The notes under the pieces: model-generated
Told to the model about the DNA's origin: nothing
Seen by the model: the letters and a program-made list of their open reading frames with translations, nothing else
Database searches by the model: none
Shown here: positions 1 to 8,706 of the stretch, piece by piece
How positions within the stretch are numbered: position 1 is the first letter of the stretch
Layout: each line of letters starts with the position of its first letter
Program-made: the position numbers and the translations under genes
Source: Thermoprotei archaeon
GTDB lineage: Archaea; Thermoproteota; Thermoprotei; Thermoproteales; B15-G16
Assembly: GCA_003649205.1 (NCBI GenBank)
Contig: QMRC01000007.1
Location: forward strand, 1 to 64,000
Direction: 5' to 3'
DNA length: 64,000 nucleotides

Positions 1-26
1 ATTGGGCCTATGTAGTTTAGGGTAGT

Positions 27-1688
27 TTAGGTTTGGGTCTCTAGTAGTGCTCTTAATCTTGCTATCTCACGTTCCTTCTCTTCAAGTGCTCTCTTGAGTT
101 CTTCATTCTCGTGCTCTAGTCTACTTACCTTTCTCCTAAGCTCCTCTATCTCAGCTATCTTCTCCTTTAGTGCTCTCTCCCGTTCCTCAAGTTCACGTCT
201 CTTAGCATCTAGCTTCTCTCTAAGTTCTATGAGCGCCGCTTCTTTAGATGCTAGTAATCTCTGATAACCAGCTAGTTCACGCTCCTTCTCAAGGAGCTTT
301 CTCTCCCATTCAATTAATCTACGTTCTTCATCAGCTAGCTTGTGGAATAGTGGTTCTAGCTCTTCCTTGATCTTCTTCTCTCTTTCACGAATAGCCTCCT
401 CAAGTTCTCTCAACTTCTTCTCCTTCTCACTTCTCTCCTTCTCTAATCTCTCGATTTCATGCTTTAGCGCATCGAGGAGTAACTCACGTTTCCTGAGTAC
501 TGCTTCGCGATCACTAAGCTCCTTATCACGCTTCGATACCTCTGCCATTAGGTTCATTAACTTAGCTTCACGATCTCTTAACTCAGCTTCAAGCTTCTTC
601 AGGTACTCCTCTTTCTCTCTAACTCTATCTAGCTCCATCTTTAGGCTCTCAACTCTCATAGCTTCAGCCTCGACCTTAGCTCTTAACCTCTCTAGAGAGG
701 ACTCATACTCCTTGAGCTGCTCCTCACGCTTCTTAAGCTCCTCTTCCTTAACTCTTAACTCATCGAATCTCCTCTGTAGCTCCATTACTCTACTCTCGTA
801 CTCTCGAATCATATCCTCTAGTCTAGTAATTAAGCTAGCAATAGTTCCGGCACTTGAACCCAGTTCCTTTGATCTAATCTCCATTACTTCACGAAGCTCC
901 CTAGCAATACTCACTAGGTTTTCTTCTCTTGTAGTGATCTCCCTCTCCTTCTCCTCAAGCTTTTTCCTAGCTTCCTCAATCTCTCTTTCCCTTTCCTCAA
1001 TTTCCTTAACCTTAGCTTCAAGTGATCTCTTTTCCTCCTCGATCTTGCTCTGAAGCTCATCGAGAACCAGCTTCTGCTTCATTAATTCCTCTCTAGTTCT
1101 TGTGAGTTCTGTATAGAGCTCAATTACCTTCCTGGTTTGTTCCTCCAGTGAGGATGCTCTACTACTTACTTCGGTGAGTGCATTCAAGACCTTCTCTGAT
1201 AGCTCTAGGAGTTGTTTCCCCGAATCCTCGAATTTTGTAGCTCTTGCCTCTAAGTCCCTATACATGTTCTCGAGTGATGCCTTCATATCCTCAATGCTCT
1301 TGCTTGCCTCAGCTACTGCATCTCTCAACTTGACAACCAGATCTGTCATAAGCTTCTCATGAGTAGCTAGTGCTTTGCTCCTCTCCTCAATGACTTTCTG
1401 AAGTGAGTCAACAGTTCTTGCCCTAAGCTCGAGAATTCTCCTCTGTTCATCAAGTGCCTTCACTGCTTCGTGAATGATCTTCCTCTCTTCCTCGATTACT
1501 TGCCTTATGTCGGTTCTAGCTCCCTGTAATTCTTCACCAACCTTCTTCGATATAGCTTCAAGTCGATCCCTAAGTACTGAGACATTCTTCACAAGCTCAC
1601 CAATGTTACTACTGATCTTCTTCTCCAATGCATCTAATCTAGCTAGTACTGATGTAACTACATCAACTTTCTTACCAAATATTGGCAT
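27..1688 (-). CDS. Long coiled-coil protein (553 aa), no recognisable enzymatic domain
   Basis: E/K/R/L-rich heptad pattern over almost the whole length; N-terminus MPIFGKK; GGTGAG ribosome-binding site upstream of the ATG. Confidence 0.85.
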   Translation of the reverse strand: MPIFGKKVDVVTSVLARLDALEKKISSNIGELVKNVSVLRDRLEAISKKVGEELQGARTDIRQVIEEERKIIHEAVKALDEQRRILELRARTVDSLQKVIEERSKALATHEKLMTDLVVKLRDAVAEASKSIEDMKASLENMYRDLEARATKFEDSGKQLLELSEKVLNALTEVSSRASSLEEQTRKVIELYTELTRTREELMKQKLVLDELQSKIEEEKRSLEAKVKEIEEREREIEEARKKLEEKEREITTREENLVSIARELREVMEIRSKELGSSAGTIASLITRLEDMIREYESRVMELQRRFDELRVKEEELKKREEQLKEYESSLERLRAKVEAEAMRVESLKMELDRVREKEEYLKKLEAELRDREAKLMNLMAEVSKRDKELSDREAVLRKRELLLDALKHEIERLEKERSEKEKKLRELEEAIREREKKIKEELEPLFHKLADEERRLIEWERKLLEKERELAGYQRLLASKEAALIELREKLDAKRRELEERERALKEKIAEIEELRRKVSRLEHENEELKRALEEKEREIARLRALLETQT

Positions 1689-1782
1689 GTACTCACCACG
1701 GTAAAGCTTACTGAGGTAGGTTATATTCCCTACTCACAGGAAAAATGTAGTAATACTCCTTGCTAGGTACTTATAATGTAGC

Positions 1783-2439
1783 TTACTCACCCTTCTCTTC
1801 ACTTCTCCTCTCTTCAGTAGCTTTCTGTGTTGTCTCTACTAGCTTTCTCACAGCTAGTGATATGTCTTGAACAATCATTCTCAAGTCAGATACCGTGCTT
1901 AGGGTTTCATCTCGGAACTTACTTATGAAGGATTCCAGCATGAGTACTCTCTCTGAGAGATTGCTCTCCGATGAAGATATCGTGTGAGCTATTGTCTTTA
2001 CATCAAATGCTAGATCACGAACTGTTTCCTCAAGTGATCTGTAACCTGCCTGTATACTACTAACCTCATTTCTTATACTTAGTACATACTTCTCCATCAG
2101 TGATGTGAAACCACGTAAGTTAGCTAGGAAGAGTTCCTGAGTTTGACCAATATCTTCAGGTAATTTCTTCACGATATTCTCAAGCTCACTTACTCTCTGG
2201 GATAGAGCCTTAATCGTATCCTCTAACTGGTTGACTCTGGTATCTACGTGCTCTCTAACCTTACTCATCTCATTACTTAGCTTCTCTATGCTCTCATGGA
2301 TATTCTTTAGCTCTGTCGTAAGTACGTCAATAGATAGCTTTAGTGCTGTTAAGCTATTGCTGATATCACGTAGTAGTACCGGAAGTAACCTCAGTAATTG
2401 CTCCTCAATGACAACTACTCTACGTCTTCTCTCCTCCAT
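1783..2439 (-). CDS. Coiled-coil protein (218 aa)
   Basis: Heptad repeats (LTTELKNIHESIEKLSNEMSKV...), same strand as and just upstream of the 553-aa coiled coil. Confidence 0.8.
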   Translation of the reverse strand: MEERRRRVVVIEEQLLRLLPVLLRDISNSLTALKLSIDVLTTELKNIHESIEKLSNEMSKVREHVDTRVNQLEDTIKALSQRVSELENIVKKLPEDIGQTQELFLANLRGFTSLMEKYVLSIRNEVSSIQAGYRSLEETVRDLAFDVKTIAHTISSSESNLSERVLMLESFISKFRDETLSTVSDLRMIVQDISLAVRKLVETTQKATEERRSEEKGE

Positions 2440-2498
2440 TATCTCGAAATCTCTGAACGTGGCATAGGTTAAAAGTGTAACTAGTGATTAAAGGTGAT

Positions 2499-2550
2499 TG
2501 GTGATGAAGGAGGTTTAATCGGATTAGTGAAGAGGACCCCATTACTGACT
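2499..2550 (+). ncRNA. C/D box sRNA candidate
   Basis: C GTGATGA 2501-2507, 12-nt guide, D' CGGA, C' GTGAAGA, 11-nt guide, D CTGA 2545-2548; overlaps the THUMP gene stop in antisense. Confidence 0.8.
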
Positions 2551-3657
2551 TCTCTTCTTTCTCGGCCTTTCCGGGAACTTCTCTAAGGCACCTGCCTCTT
2601 CGAGTGCTGATATGAAGGCTATAACTGTCGATACTAGTGCGTAGTCTGTTGCTATGGTTACTTGAGGACATAGATCAACTACGAGGTCTGCAAACCTAAA
2701 AATTCCCACCGGTATACCCTCTCTAGCACCTATGAAGACGTTGACCACTGGGTACTCTCTAAATAGTCTAGCTAGTTCATGCTTTACATGAGTTATGTAC
2801 TCGCCCTTTGGATCTGTAACGATTATTGCTTCGTTTCGGTGTTCTCTAACGAATTGGTACATGTCGTATATGTATACAGGTACTTTGTGGACTGGTCTCC
2901 CGTAGCTTCTAACTTGAATTTGGTATCTAGATTCTATTCCTTCAAAGAGTCCTCGTAGGAATGTCTCTAACTCAATACCTGAAACAGGTCTGTAGTGAGC
3001 GATGTAGAGCTCACCTACCTCAAATGTCTGTACAGCTCTACCGATCCTCACACCCATCTTGTAAACTCCATCTAGAGGACCTGTGTAAGGCATCTGGATT
3101 ATTCGGAGCTTTCTCAAGATAGGTAATATTACGGGTTTTCCTGGAGTTATCTTCCTGTACTCTTCTGAACCGGGTATGATGCTTATAGCTGCTAGGTCAC
3201 GAAATATCTCAACGTAGATAGCCTTATCAGGTCTATCGAGATTAACATCACAACCAGTTACTTCCTGTACCTTCCTTCCTGCAACAACATTTACATCTAT
3301 TGAAGTGAAGGGATGGGTCCCTCTTCTAGTGGTCCTGATAGCGAAGGTTTCATCTGAACTCAATCTGCTTGAAGCCACTTCAGCACACTTAGTGGCTATT
3401 TCATCTAAGTTAGCTTTTACAACTGCGTATACAGGTAGTACTCGTGAAGCTTCGGGTATCTGCTCCTTAATCAATGCTGCACACTCATCTGGATCAAGAC
3501 CTAGAACAAATACGACGCCGGGAAAGTTTCCTGGTTTCGCTACTACCTCTCCCTCTCCCTTCAGCACATCCTCTATGTGGGACGCAGCTACCTCCTCCAA
3601 CCCCTTAGGTGTCTTCACTATTACACACAGCTCTCTGTACTTCTCAAACCAGCTCAT
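2542..3657 (-). CDS. THUMP domain plus SPOUT-family RNA methyltransferase
   Basis: THUMP motifs (TFAIRTTRRG, VNLDRPD) and C-terminal SPOUT motifs (VFIGAREGIP, ADLVVDLCP); start moved to ATG 3657 because the upstream extension is a C/D sRNA. Confidence 0.85.
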   Translation of the reverse strand: MSWFEKYRELCVIVKTPKGLEEVAASHIEDVLKGEGEVVAKPGNFPGVVFVLGLDPDECAALIKEQIPEASRVLPVYAVVKANLDEIATKCAEVASSRLSSDETFAIRTTRRGTHPFTSIDVNVVAGRKVQEVTGCDVNLDRPDKAIYVEIFRDLAAISIIPGSEEYRKITPGKPVILPILRKLRIIQMPYTGPLDGVYKMGVRIGRAVQTFEVGELYIAHYRPVSGIELETFLRGLFEGIESRYQIQVRSYGRPVHKVPVYIYDMYQFVREHRNEAIIVTDPKGEYITHVKHELARLFREYPVVNVFIGAREGIPVGIFRFADLVVDLCPQVTIATDYALVSTVIAFISALEEAGALEKFPERPRKKRSQ

Positions 3658-3659
3658 GG

Positions 3660-3713
3660 TATCAGTCTCCTGGAACTCAATCATCAATCATCTTCGTCCA
3701 GCTTCATCACCAA
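3660..3713 (-). ncRNA. C/D box sRNA candidate
   Basis: Minus strand GTGATGA-agctggacgaag-ATGA-TTGATGA-ttgagttccaggaga-CTGA, ending 4 nt before the THUMP ATG. Confidence 0.8.
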
Positions 3714-3756
3714 GTAGGTAAGTACTTTATAGACCCTAGTTTCTTTTTCTATCTTC

Positions 3757-3814
3757 GGGCGATGATTGGAGGGGTTGACATGATCCGTGATTGAGGAAGA
3801 GACGAGATGAGCCC
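3757..3814 (+). ncRNA. C/D box sRNA candidate (degenerate boxes)
   Basis: gCGATGA-guide-ATGA-tcc-GTGATTGA-guide-ATGA closed by terminal stem GGGC/GCCC; TTTATA about 25 nt upstream. Confidence 0.55.
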
Positions 3815-3868
3815 TCAGCTAAGTTTGCTGACTCGTCACTAATCCGTGCTCCAGACCATCATCATCTC
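3813..3868 (-). ncRNA. C/D box sRNA candidate, probable tRNA-Trp C34 guide
   Basis: ATGATGA-tggtctggagca-CGGA-tta-GTGACGA-gtcagcaaacttag-CTGA; D' guide complementary to GCUCCAGACC (CCA anticodon loop). Confidence 0.85.
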
Positions 3869-6374
3869 ATGCCTTACTCCTAGCTGTCACTGATACAGTG
3901 ACTTCTAAACCTTTCTTCTCCAATGAGTAGATACAGTACGATAGGTTTAGTGACTTAGCTACCTCTGGAAGTACCTCTCTAACTCTTACATCCTGTGTTG
4001 CTAGTACTATCTGTGCACCTGTTTCAGATGCTGTCTTCAGAAGCTGTTTGAGTAACTCAAATCTTAGATCCAAGTCTATGTTTGGTGTTGGGTCATCAAG
4101 TAGTATGAAACCTACGTTGCTCTTCATTAATTGTGAAGTAGCTAGTATGAATGAGAACATAAGTAGCATTCTCTGACCTTCACTTAACTTTGAAAGTAAT
4201 GGTACCTTCGAACCATCAGGTCTTAGACCGTAGAAGTGGTATATGCTTCTGACGTACTCTAGACCTGAAACGTGCTCAACCTCCATGTCTACACCAGTAA
4301 TATCTCCGTACCTGTATGTTGATGTGAAGAACTTAGAAACCACTTCACCTATGCTCCTGATCAACCTAGCTCTAACCTTTGCCTGTACTTCACGGTATAG
4401 TTGCTTAACTTCGAGGAGCTTCTTCCTCAGCTCCTCTAATCTCGATATCTTCGTCAATACCTCCCTATCCTCTAGCGTGCTGATTCTCTTAGCTATATCC
4501 TCTAGCTCGAGAACTTCCTTACTTACTCGACTCAATTCCTCATTTACCTCAGTTAACCTCTTACTCCGCTCTAGCAACCTGTTTAGGCGCTCCTCTAACT
4601 TACTTGGTGAGAACTCAAGTTCTCTAAGTTTTCTCGATACCTCATCCATCTTAGCCTCGTACTGCTTAACCTTCTCCCTTAGCTCTATGTACTCGAGTGC
4701 CTTCTCTATGTACTCCATACGTGCTCTAAGTGTCTTTATGAACTCAGCGATAATGTTCATTTTCCTCTTCAGGCTCTCTCTAGAACTTTCGAGATTACTT
4801 ACCTTCTCATACAATTCATCCATTCTCCTACGTATAGTCGATATCTGTGCTTCTATCTCAGCTACTCTCGTAAGAGCTTCCTCCATACTTCGAAGTTTTG
4901 GAAGTACTAAACGATACTCCTCTACTAGCTTAGTTAGCTCAGGTGCCTTCGATTTAGCTTCCTCAAGTTTCCTAGCTACTTCACTAATCTTCTTCTCAAT
5001 ACTATTACTCATGTCTCTACTTAATTCGCGATCACAGATAGGGCAGCTCACCTTGGTGCTCCTCATTAAGTCAGCTAGGACCTTCTTGAGGACCTCAAGT
5101 AGTGATTCCATGAATCGCTCCTCACTAGACATGTAGCTTATCTGACGCTCAAGCTCAAGTACCTTACTACTAACTTCTTCAGAGGTCCCGTACTTCTTAA
5201 CTAACTCACCGTACTCACCCTTAATCTTCTCTAATGATGCCAGTTGACGTTGTAGACTAGCTAACTCAACCCTTAACCTCTCTAACTCACCTCTGTACGT
5301 AGCTAATTCCTTAGAAATTGATAGAAGATCTTCGCTAAGCTCGTACCTCTTCTCCTCAAGTTTCTTTATGACATTCTCGATAGTATCAACTACATCACGG
5401 ATATTCGTAGGTGTAACCTCTAACTGAGCTAATTCAGAGCTTTCTCTATGCATTAGTAGCTCATCGAGTTTAACTACGATGTTCTCTAGCAGAGCTTTAA
5501 CTTCCTCAGCTAAGATGAGGGGGCTTGGTTCCTCAGCTATCTCCTTAGCTAACTTATCTAGCTTCTCACTCAAACTCTCATACTGAGCCTTAATGTGAAG
5601 TAGCTCACTCATTAGCTTCCTGTATTCGGATTCACGTCTCCTCAACTCAGCAACCTCACGCTTTAAGGATGCAACCTCATTTTCTAGAGAGGATCGTAAC
5701 TTCTCTAACTCACTAATCCTGAGCTTAAGCTCGTTTAATCTCTTAAGCAAACCCTCGTAACCACCGTACTTACTCACTACCTTGATCAGAGTATCGTAAT
5801 CACGAACTCTCTCCTTGAACTCCTGTATCTTCTTCTCAACTATTGAGATTGGGAATTGACGAAAGAGGTTTTCTAGCTCTTCAACACCAAATACCTTGTC
5901 TATAGCTAAGCTCCTTCTAGCTGGCGTTCCGTAGATTAAATCCTCGAGAACTCTATGACTAACGTAGACGTGCCTCATGAAGTCCTCAACATCTATATTC
6001 AATAGCTTAGTTACATTGAGTGTTACCTCACTCTCACCCTCTACTATGAGTGTTGCATAGGTGAGATGTGAAGTAGGTCTCTTACCCCTACGTCTTCTCC
6101 TCTCAACTACCAACTCCTTACCTTCCTCATCCTGTAGAACTAGCTTAACGTAAAGCTCATCACTGTAATCGTTTATTAAATCCTCCAACTTAGCTACGTG
6201 CTCCTTCACCTCATACGTTGTACCATAGAGAGCATACTGAATAGCTGAGAGTATACTGGTCTTACCAGTACCTACAGGTCCTACAAATACTACAACGTCG
6301 TAGTTCAGATCTATACTGTACCTATCCCTAAAGCATCTAAAACCACTTAGCTCAAGTAACTTAAGCCTGAACAT
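3867..6374 (-). CDS. Arcadin-4, Rad50/SMC-like ABC ATPase
   Basis: Walker A GPVGTGKT, long coiled coil with central CPIC, signature LSEGQ, Walker B FILLDDP; last gene of the crenactin cluster. Confidence 0.85.
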   Translation of the reverse strand: MFRLKLLELSGFRCFRDRYSIDLNYDVVVFVGPVGTGKTSILSAIQYALYGTTYEVKEHVAKLEDLINDYSDELYVKLVLQDEEGKELVVERRRRRGKRPTSHLTYATLIVEGESEVTLNVTKLLNIDVEDFMRHVYVSHRVLEDLIYGTPARRSLAIDKVFGVEELENLFRQFPISIVEKKIQEFKERVRDYDTLIKVVSKYGGYEGLLKRLNELKLRISELEKLRSSLENEVASLKREVAELRRRESEYRKLMSELLHIKAQYESLSEKLDKLAKEIAEEPSPLILAEEVKALLENIVVKLDELLMHRESSELAQLEVTPTNIRDVVDTIENVIKKLEEKRYELSEDLLSISKELATYRGELERLRVELASLQRQLASLEKIKGEYGELVKKYGTSEEVSSKVLELERQISYMSSEERFMESLLEVLKKVLADLMRSTKVSCPICDRELSRDMSNSIEKKISEVARKLEEAKSKAPELTKLVEEYRLVLPKLRSMEEALTRVAEIEAQISTIRRRMDELYEKVSNLESSRESLKRKMNIIAEFIKTLRARMEYIEKALEYIELREKVKQYEAKMDEVSRKLRELEFSPSKLEERLNRLLERSKRLTEVNEELSRVSKEVLELEDIAKRISTLEDREVLTKISRLEELRKKLLEVKQLYREVQAKVRARLIRSIGEVVSKFFTSTYRYGDITGVDMEVEHVSGLEYVRSIYHFYGLRPDGSKVPLLSKLSEGQRMLLMFSFILATSQLMKSNVGFILLDDPTPNIDLDLRFELLKQLLKTASETGAQIVLATQDVRVREVLPEVAKSLNLSYCIYSLEKKGLEVTVSVTARSKA

Positions 6375-6577
6375 TACTTACTGAGAACCTCCTGAATCAT
6401 CTCCTCAACTCTCTTTCTCACACCCTCTAAACCCTTCTCACGATACAGTAGGTAGAACTCCTTAGCAAGAGAAGCTACCTCACCTCTATCTTTAAACTCC
6501 TCATCAAGTACCTCAAGGACTAACCTAAGTAACGTAGTACTTCGCTCACGTCTACCCTTCTTAACCACTTTCACCAC
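6374..6577 (-). CDS. Arcadin-3-like small protein
   Basis: 67-aa helical ORF overlapping both neighbours, in the arcadin-3 position of the arcade gene order; call is positional. Confidence 0.7.
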   Translation of the reverse strand: MVKVVKKGRRERSTTLLRLVLEVLDEEFKDRGEVASLAKEFYLLYREKGLEGVRKRVEEMIQEVLSK

Positions 6578-7340
6578 CTTCCTTCGACCTCTTCCTCAAA
6601 ACCTCAACCCATGGATGATCTTTAAGGTACTCCTCCCAAAAGGTAGCACCTGAAGGTACTTCCTGAGAGACCTCAGCTGCTACCTCAACACCAGCTGCAG
6701 TCGGAGCTGTGGGTACATAGCTAGATAACTCTCTCCTAATCCTACTCAATTCCCTCTCAAGAATATCGGTAACCATTCTCCTAACATCATCTGGATGTAG
6801 TAGTGACCTCTCAATAGCCGAGATAGTACGTCTAAGCTCACTAACCTCCTTCATCAAGTTCTCAAGCCTATACTCAATATTTGCAATTCTCTCCTCAAGC
6901 TCCTCTAACCTCCTGAGATCAACAGCCGCAACCTTAGGTCTAGTAATAGGTTTTGCAGGGACTAACTCCTCTACACTACCCTTATCAAGATCGTAAACCA
7001 GTAAACCAATACCTAACTCCTTGATCAACCTACCATCTACAAGAAACCTATAGGTTATGGGTATAGCTACATAGATCTTATCTACGAAATCCCTCAACTT
7101 AGCAACACACTTCGTAGCTATTTCCCTACTAATTTCATCTCTTGAAACTCCTCTAGTCACTACGTAAATAGCAACCTTGTTCTTACCCTCCAAAAACACT
7201 AGGGTATTAGACCTCACATCAGAGAGAAGTTCAGGATTTTGGGAAATAAACTCATTAATGTCGAGAGGAACTAGGTTACGCTCTTCCCTAACCCACTTAC
7301 TAATTACGTACTTAGCCCACTCTAGCTCAGTCAATGACAT
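6561..7340 (-). CDS. Arcadin-2
   Basis: Directly downstream of crenactin; central coiled coil; C-terminal DHPWVEVLRKR resembles the crenactin-binding helix of Pyrobaculum arcadin-2 (recalled as ENEWVKILRSKR). Confidence 0.85.
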   Translation of the reverse strand: MSLTELEWAKYVISKWVREERNLVPLDINEFISQNPELLSDVRSNTLVFLEGKNKVAIYVVTRGVSRDEISREIATKCVAKLRDFVDKIYVAIPITYRFLVDGRLIKELGIGLLVYDLDKGSVEELVPAKPITRPKVAAVDLRRLEELEERIANIEYRLENLMKEVSELRRTISAIERSLLHPDDVRRMVTDILERELSRIRRELSSYVPTAPTAAGVEVAAEVSQEVPSGATFWEEYLKDHPWVEVLRKRSKEGGESG

Positions 7341-7356
7341 CGACTACATACACCAA

Positions 7357-8655
7357 CTACTTCCAACTATACCAACCCTCAAGTCTAGACCAATCCCACT
7401 TGTAATCACCTGGTAGTGCAAATCCATACACAATACATCCTCTCCAAACACTGTACTGTGGATCCTTGACCAGTGATATACTGACCTTACCCCTCATCTC
7501 AGGTAACTTCTCAGAGATCATAAGCTCTATTTTCGTTGCTGAGTCACAAGCTACATCACGTAGGTTAGGTGGTACACTCCACATGAATGCTCCACCACTG
7601 AGAATTATTCTCTCGAAGAGCCTTGACCTAATCTCAACAGGACAAACTCTAATAGCCTCAATTATCGCTGATGCTAGGTCTAATGTACCATATAGCTTCT
7701 GATCACCGATGACTATGTCCTCTATAACTAGTCTACCCTGTGATATGTAGCTCATGAACTCTTCATGACTTGGATTAAACACTATCTCACCAATGAGAAA
7801 CCTCATCCACGAATTATCACCAAGATCTATCTCAGTAACTGGATCTATCTTGACCTTAGCTCTAAACCTTTCCTTCTCCTCCTTAGCCTTCTTAATAGCC
7901 TCCTTTAAGTTCTTAGGGACTAAACCGATTTCACGCTTTACCTTCTCAACAACATACTCTTCACGAGCTAAATCACCATAACCACAATCCTTCAGTATCT
8001 CCCTAGTTATGGCATTTGCCTCAGCACCACCTCTATTTAGTGCCACAATAGCTTTCCTAATTGGGTAGTACGAGATTGGGCATATCTGTATGTTACCGTG
8101 ACCGCACTCAACAACAAGACATGTCAAGGCTTTCTCAGCTATAGCTACCGCTAGTGGCTGAGGTATTATGGTCATTGCCTTAATTAGCCTGTTGTCAAAC
8201 TCGCTATCTAGCTCCTTATGTAGTTCAAACAGCTTCTCGTACATGTACTTAGGTGCTAATGCTGAGAGAGCTGCAACAACGTAGTATCCTTTGAAGTTCG
8301 GATCTCTTGAAGCTACTGGGTAGAACTCCTCAAAGCCATACCTCGTAACTGCCTTAATTACCTTCCAAGCATCTTCGTCATCTATCTTAACTATTCCATC
8401 CCTCATAGGGTACACTAGGTTCTTAACTAAGTCCTCTCTAGAACCTAGGAACTTCGGTATCTCCTCATCACCAACAATAACGTCTCTCTCTATCTTGAAT
8501 ATCTCGTGAATAGCTGTCTTCTCCCTAATGAGGAGACCTCTGTTCTGTATCATTCTTGGATTCTCACCTATGGTTATTGGACCGTACTTGAAGTAACCTG
8601 TACCATAGTCCTCCGCATATACGTACTTCTTCCTATACTGAAGCTCAGCACCCAC
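7357..8655 (-). CDS. Crenactin (archaeal actin)
   Basis: Actin-fold motifs: phosphate-1 EDYGTGYFKYG, YPMRDG, IIPQPLAVA, phosphate-2 ECGHG, adenosine IILSGG, connect-2 QYSVWRG; GTG start with strong ribosome-binding site. Confidence 0.95.
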   Translation of the reverse strand: MGAELQYRKKYVYAEDYGTGYFKYGPITIGENPRMIQNRGLLIREKTAIHEIFKIERDVIVGDEEIPKFLGSREDLVKNLVYPMRDGIVKIDDEDAWKVIKAVTRYGFEEFYPVASRDPNFKGYYVVAALSALAPKYMYEKLFELHKELDSEFDNRLIKAMTIIPQPLAVAIAEKALTCLVVECGHGNIQICPISYYPIRKAIVALNRGGAEANAITREILKDCGYGDLAREEYVVEKVKREIGLVPKNLKEAIKKAKEEKERFRAKVKIDPVTEIDLGDNSWMRFLIGEIVFNPSHEEFMSYISQGRLVIEDIVIGDQKLYGTLDLASAIIEAIRVCPVEIRSRLFERIILSGGAFMWSVPPNLRDVACDSATKIELMISEKLPEMRGKVSISLVKDPQYSVWRGCIVYGFALPGDYKWDWSRLEGWYSWK

Positions 8656-8706
8656 TCACCTCACCCCCACGTGGGTAACTAGCTAAATGACTTATACTCA
8701 CCTCAA

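Noticed and set aside
1751-1757. AGTATTA on the minus strand just downstream of a TATA box before the 553-aa coiled-coil gene, resembling the Sulfolobales aCcr1 cell-division box
   Set aside because: A single 7-mer is expected several times by chance in 64 kb, and no matching regulator is visible
340-5136. Long plus-strand Ser/Leu/Phe-rich ORFs (340-1053, 4243-5136) and many similar short ORFs across the window
   Set aside because: Antisense shadows of E/K/R-rich coiled-coil or well-identified genes on the other strand
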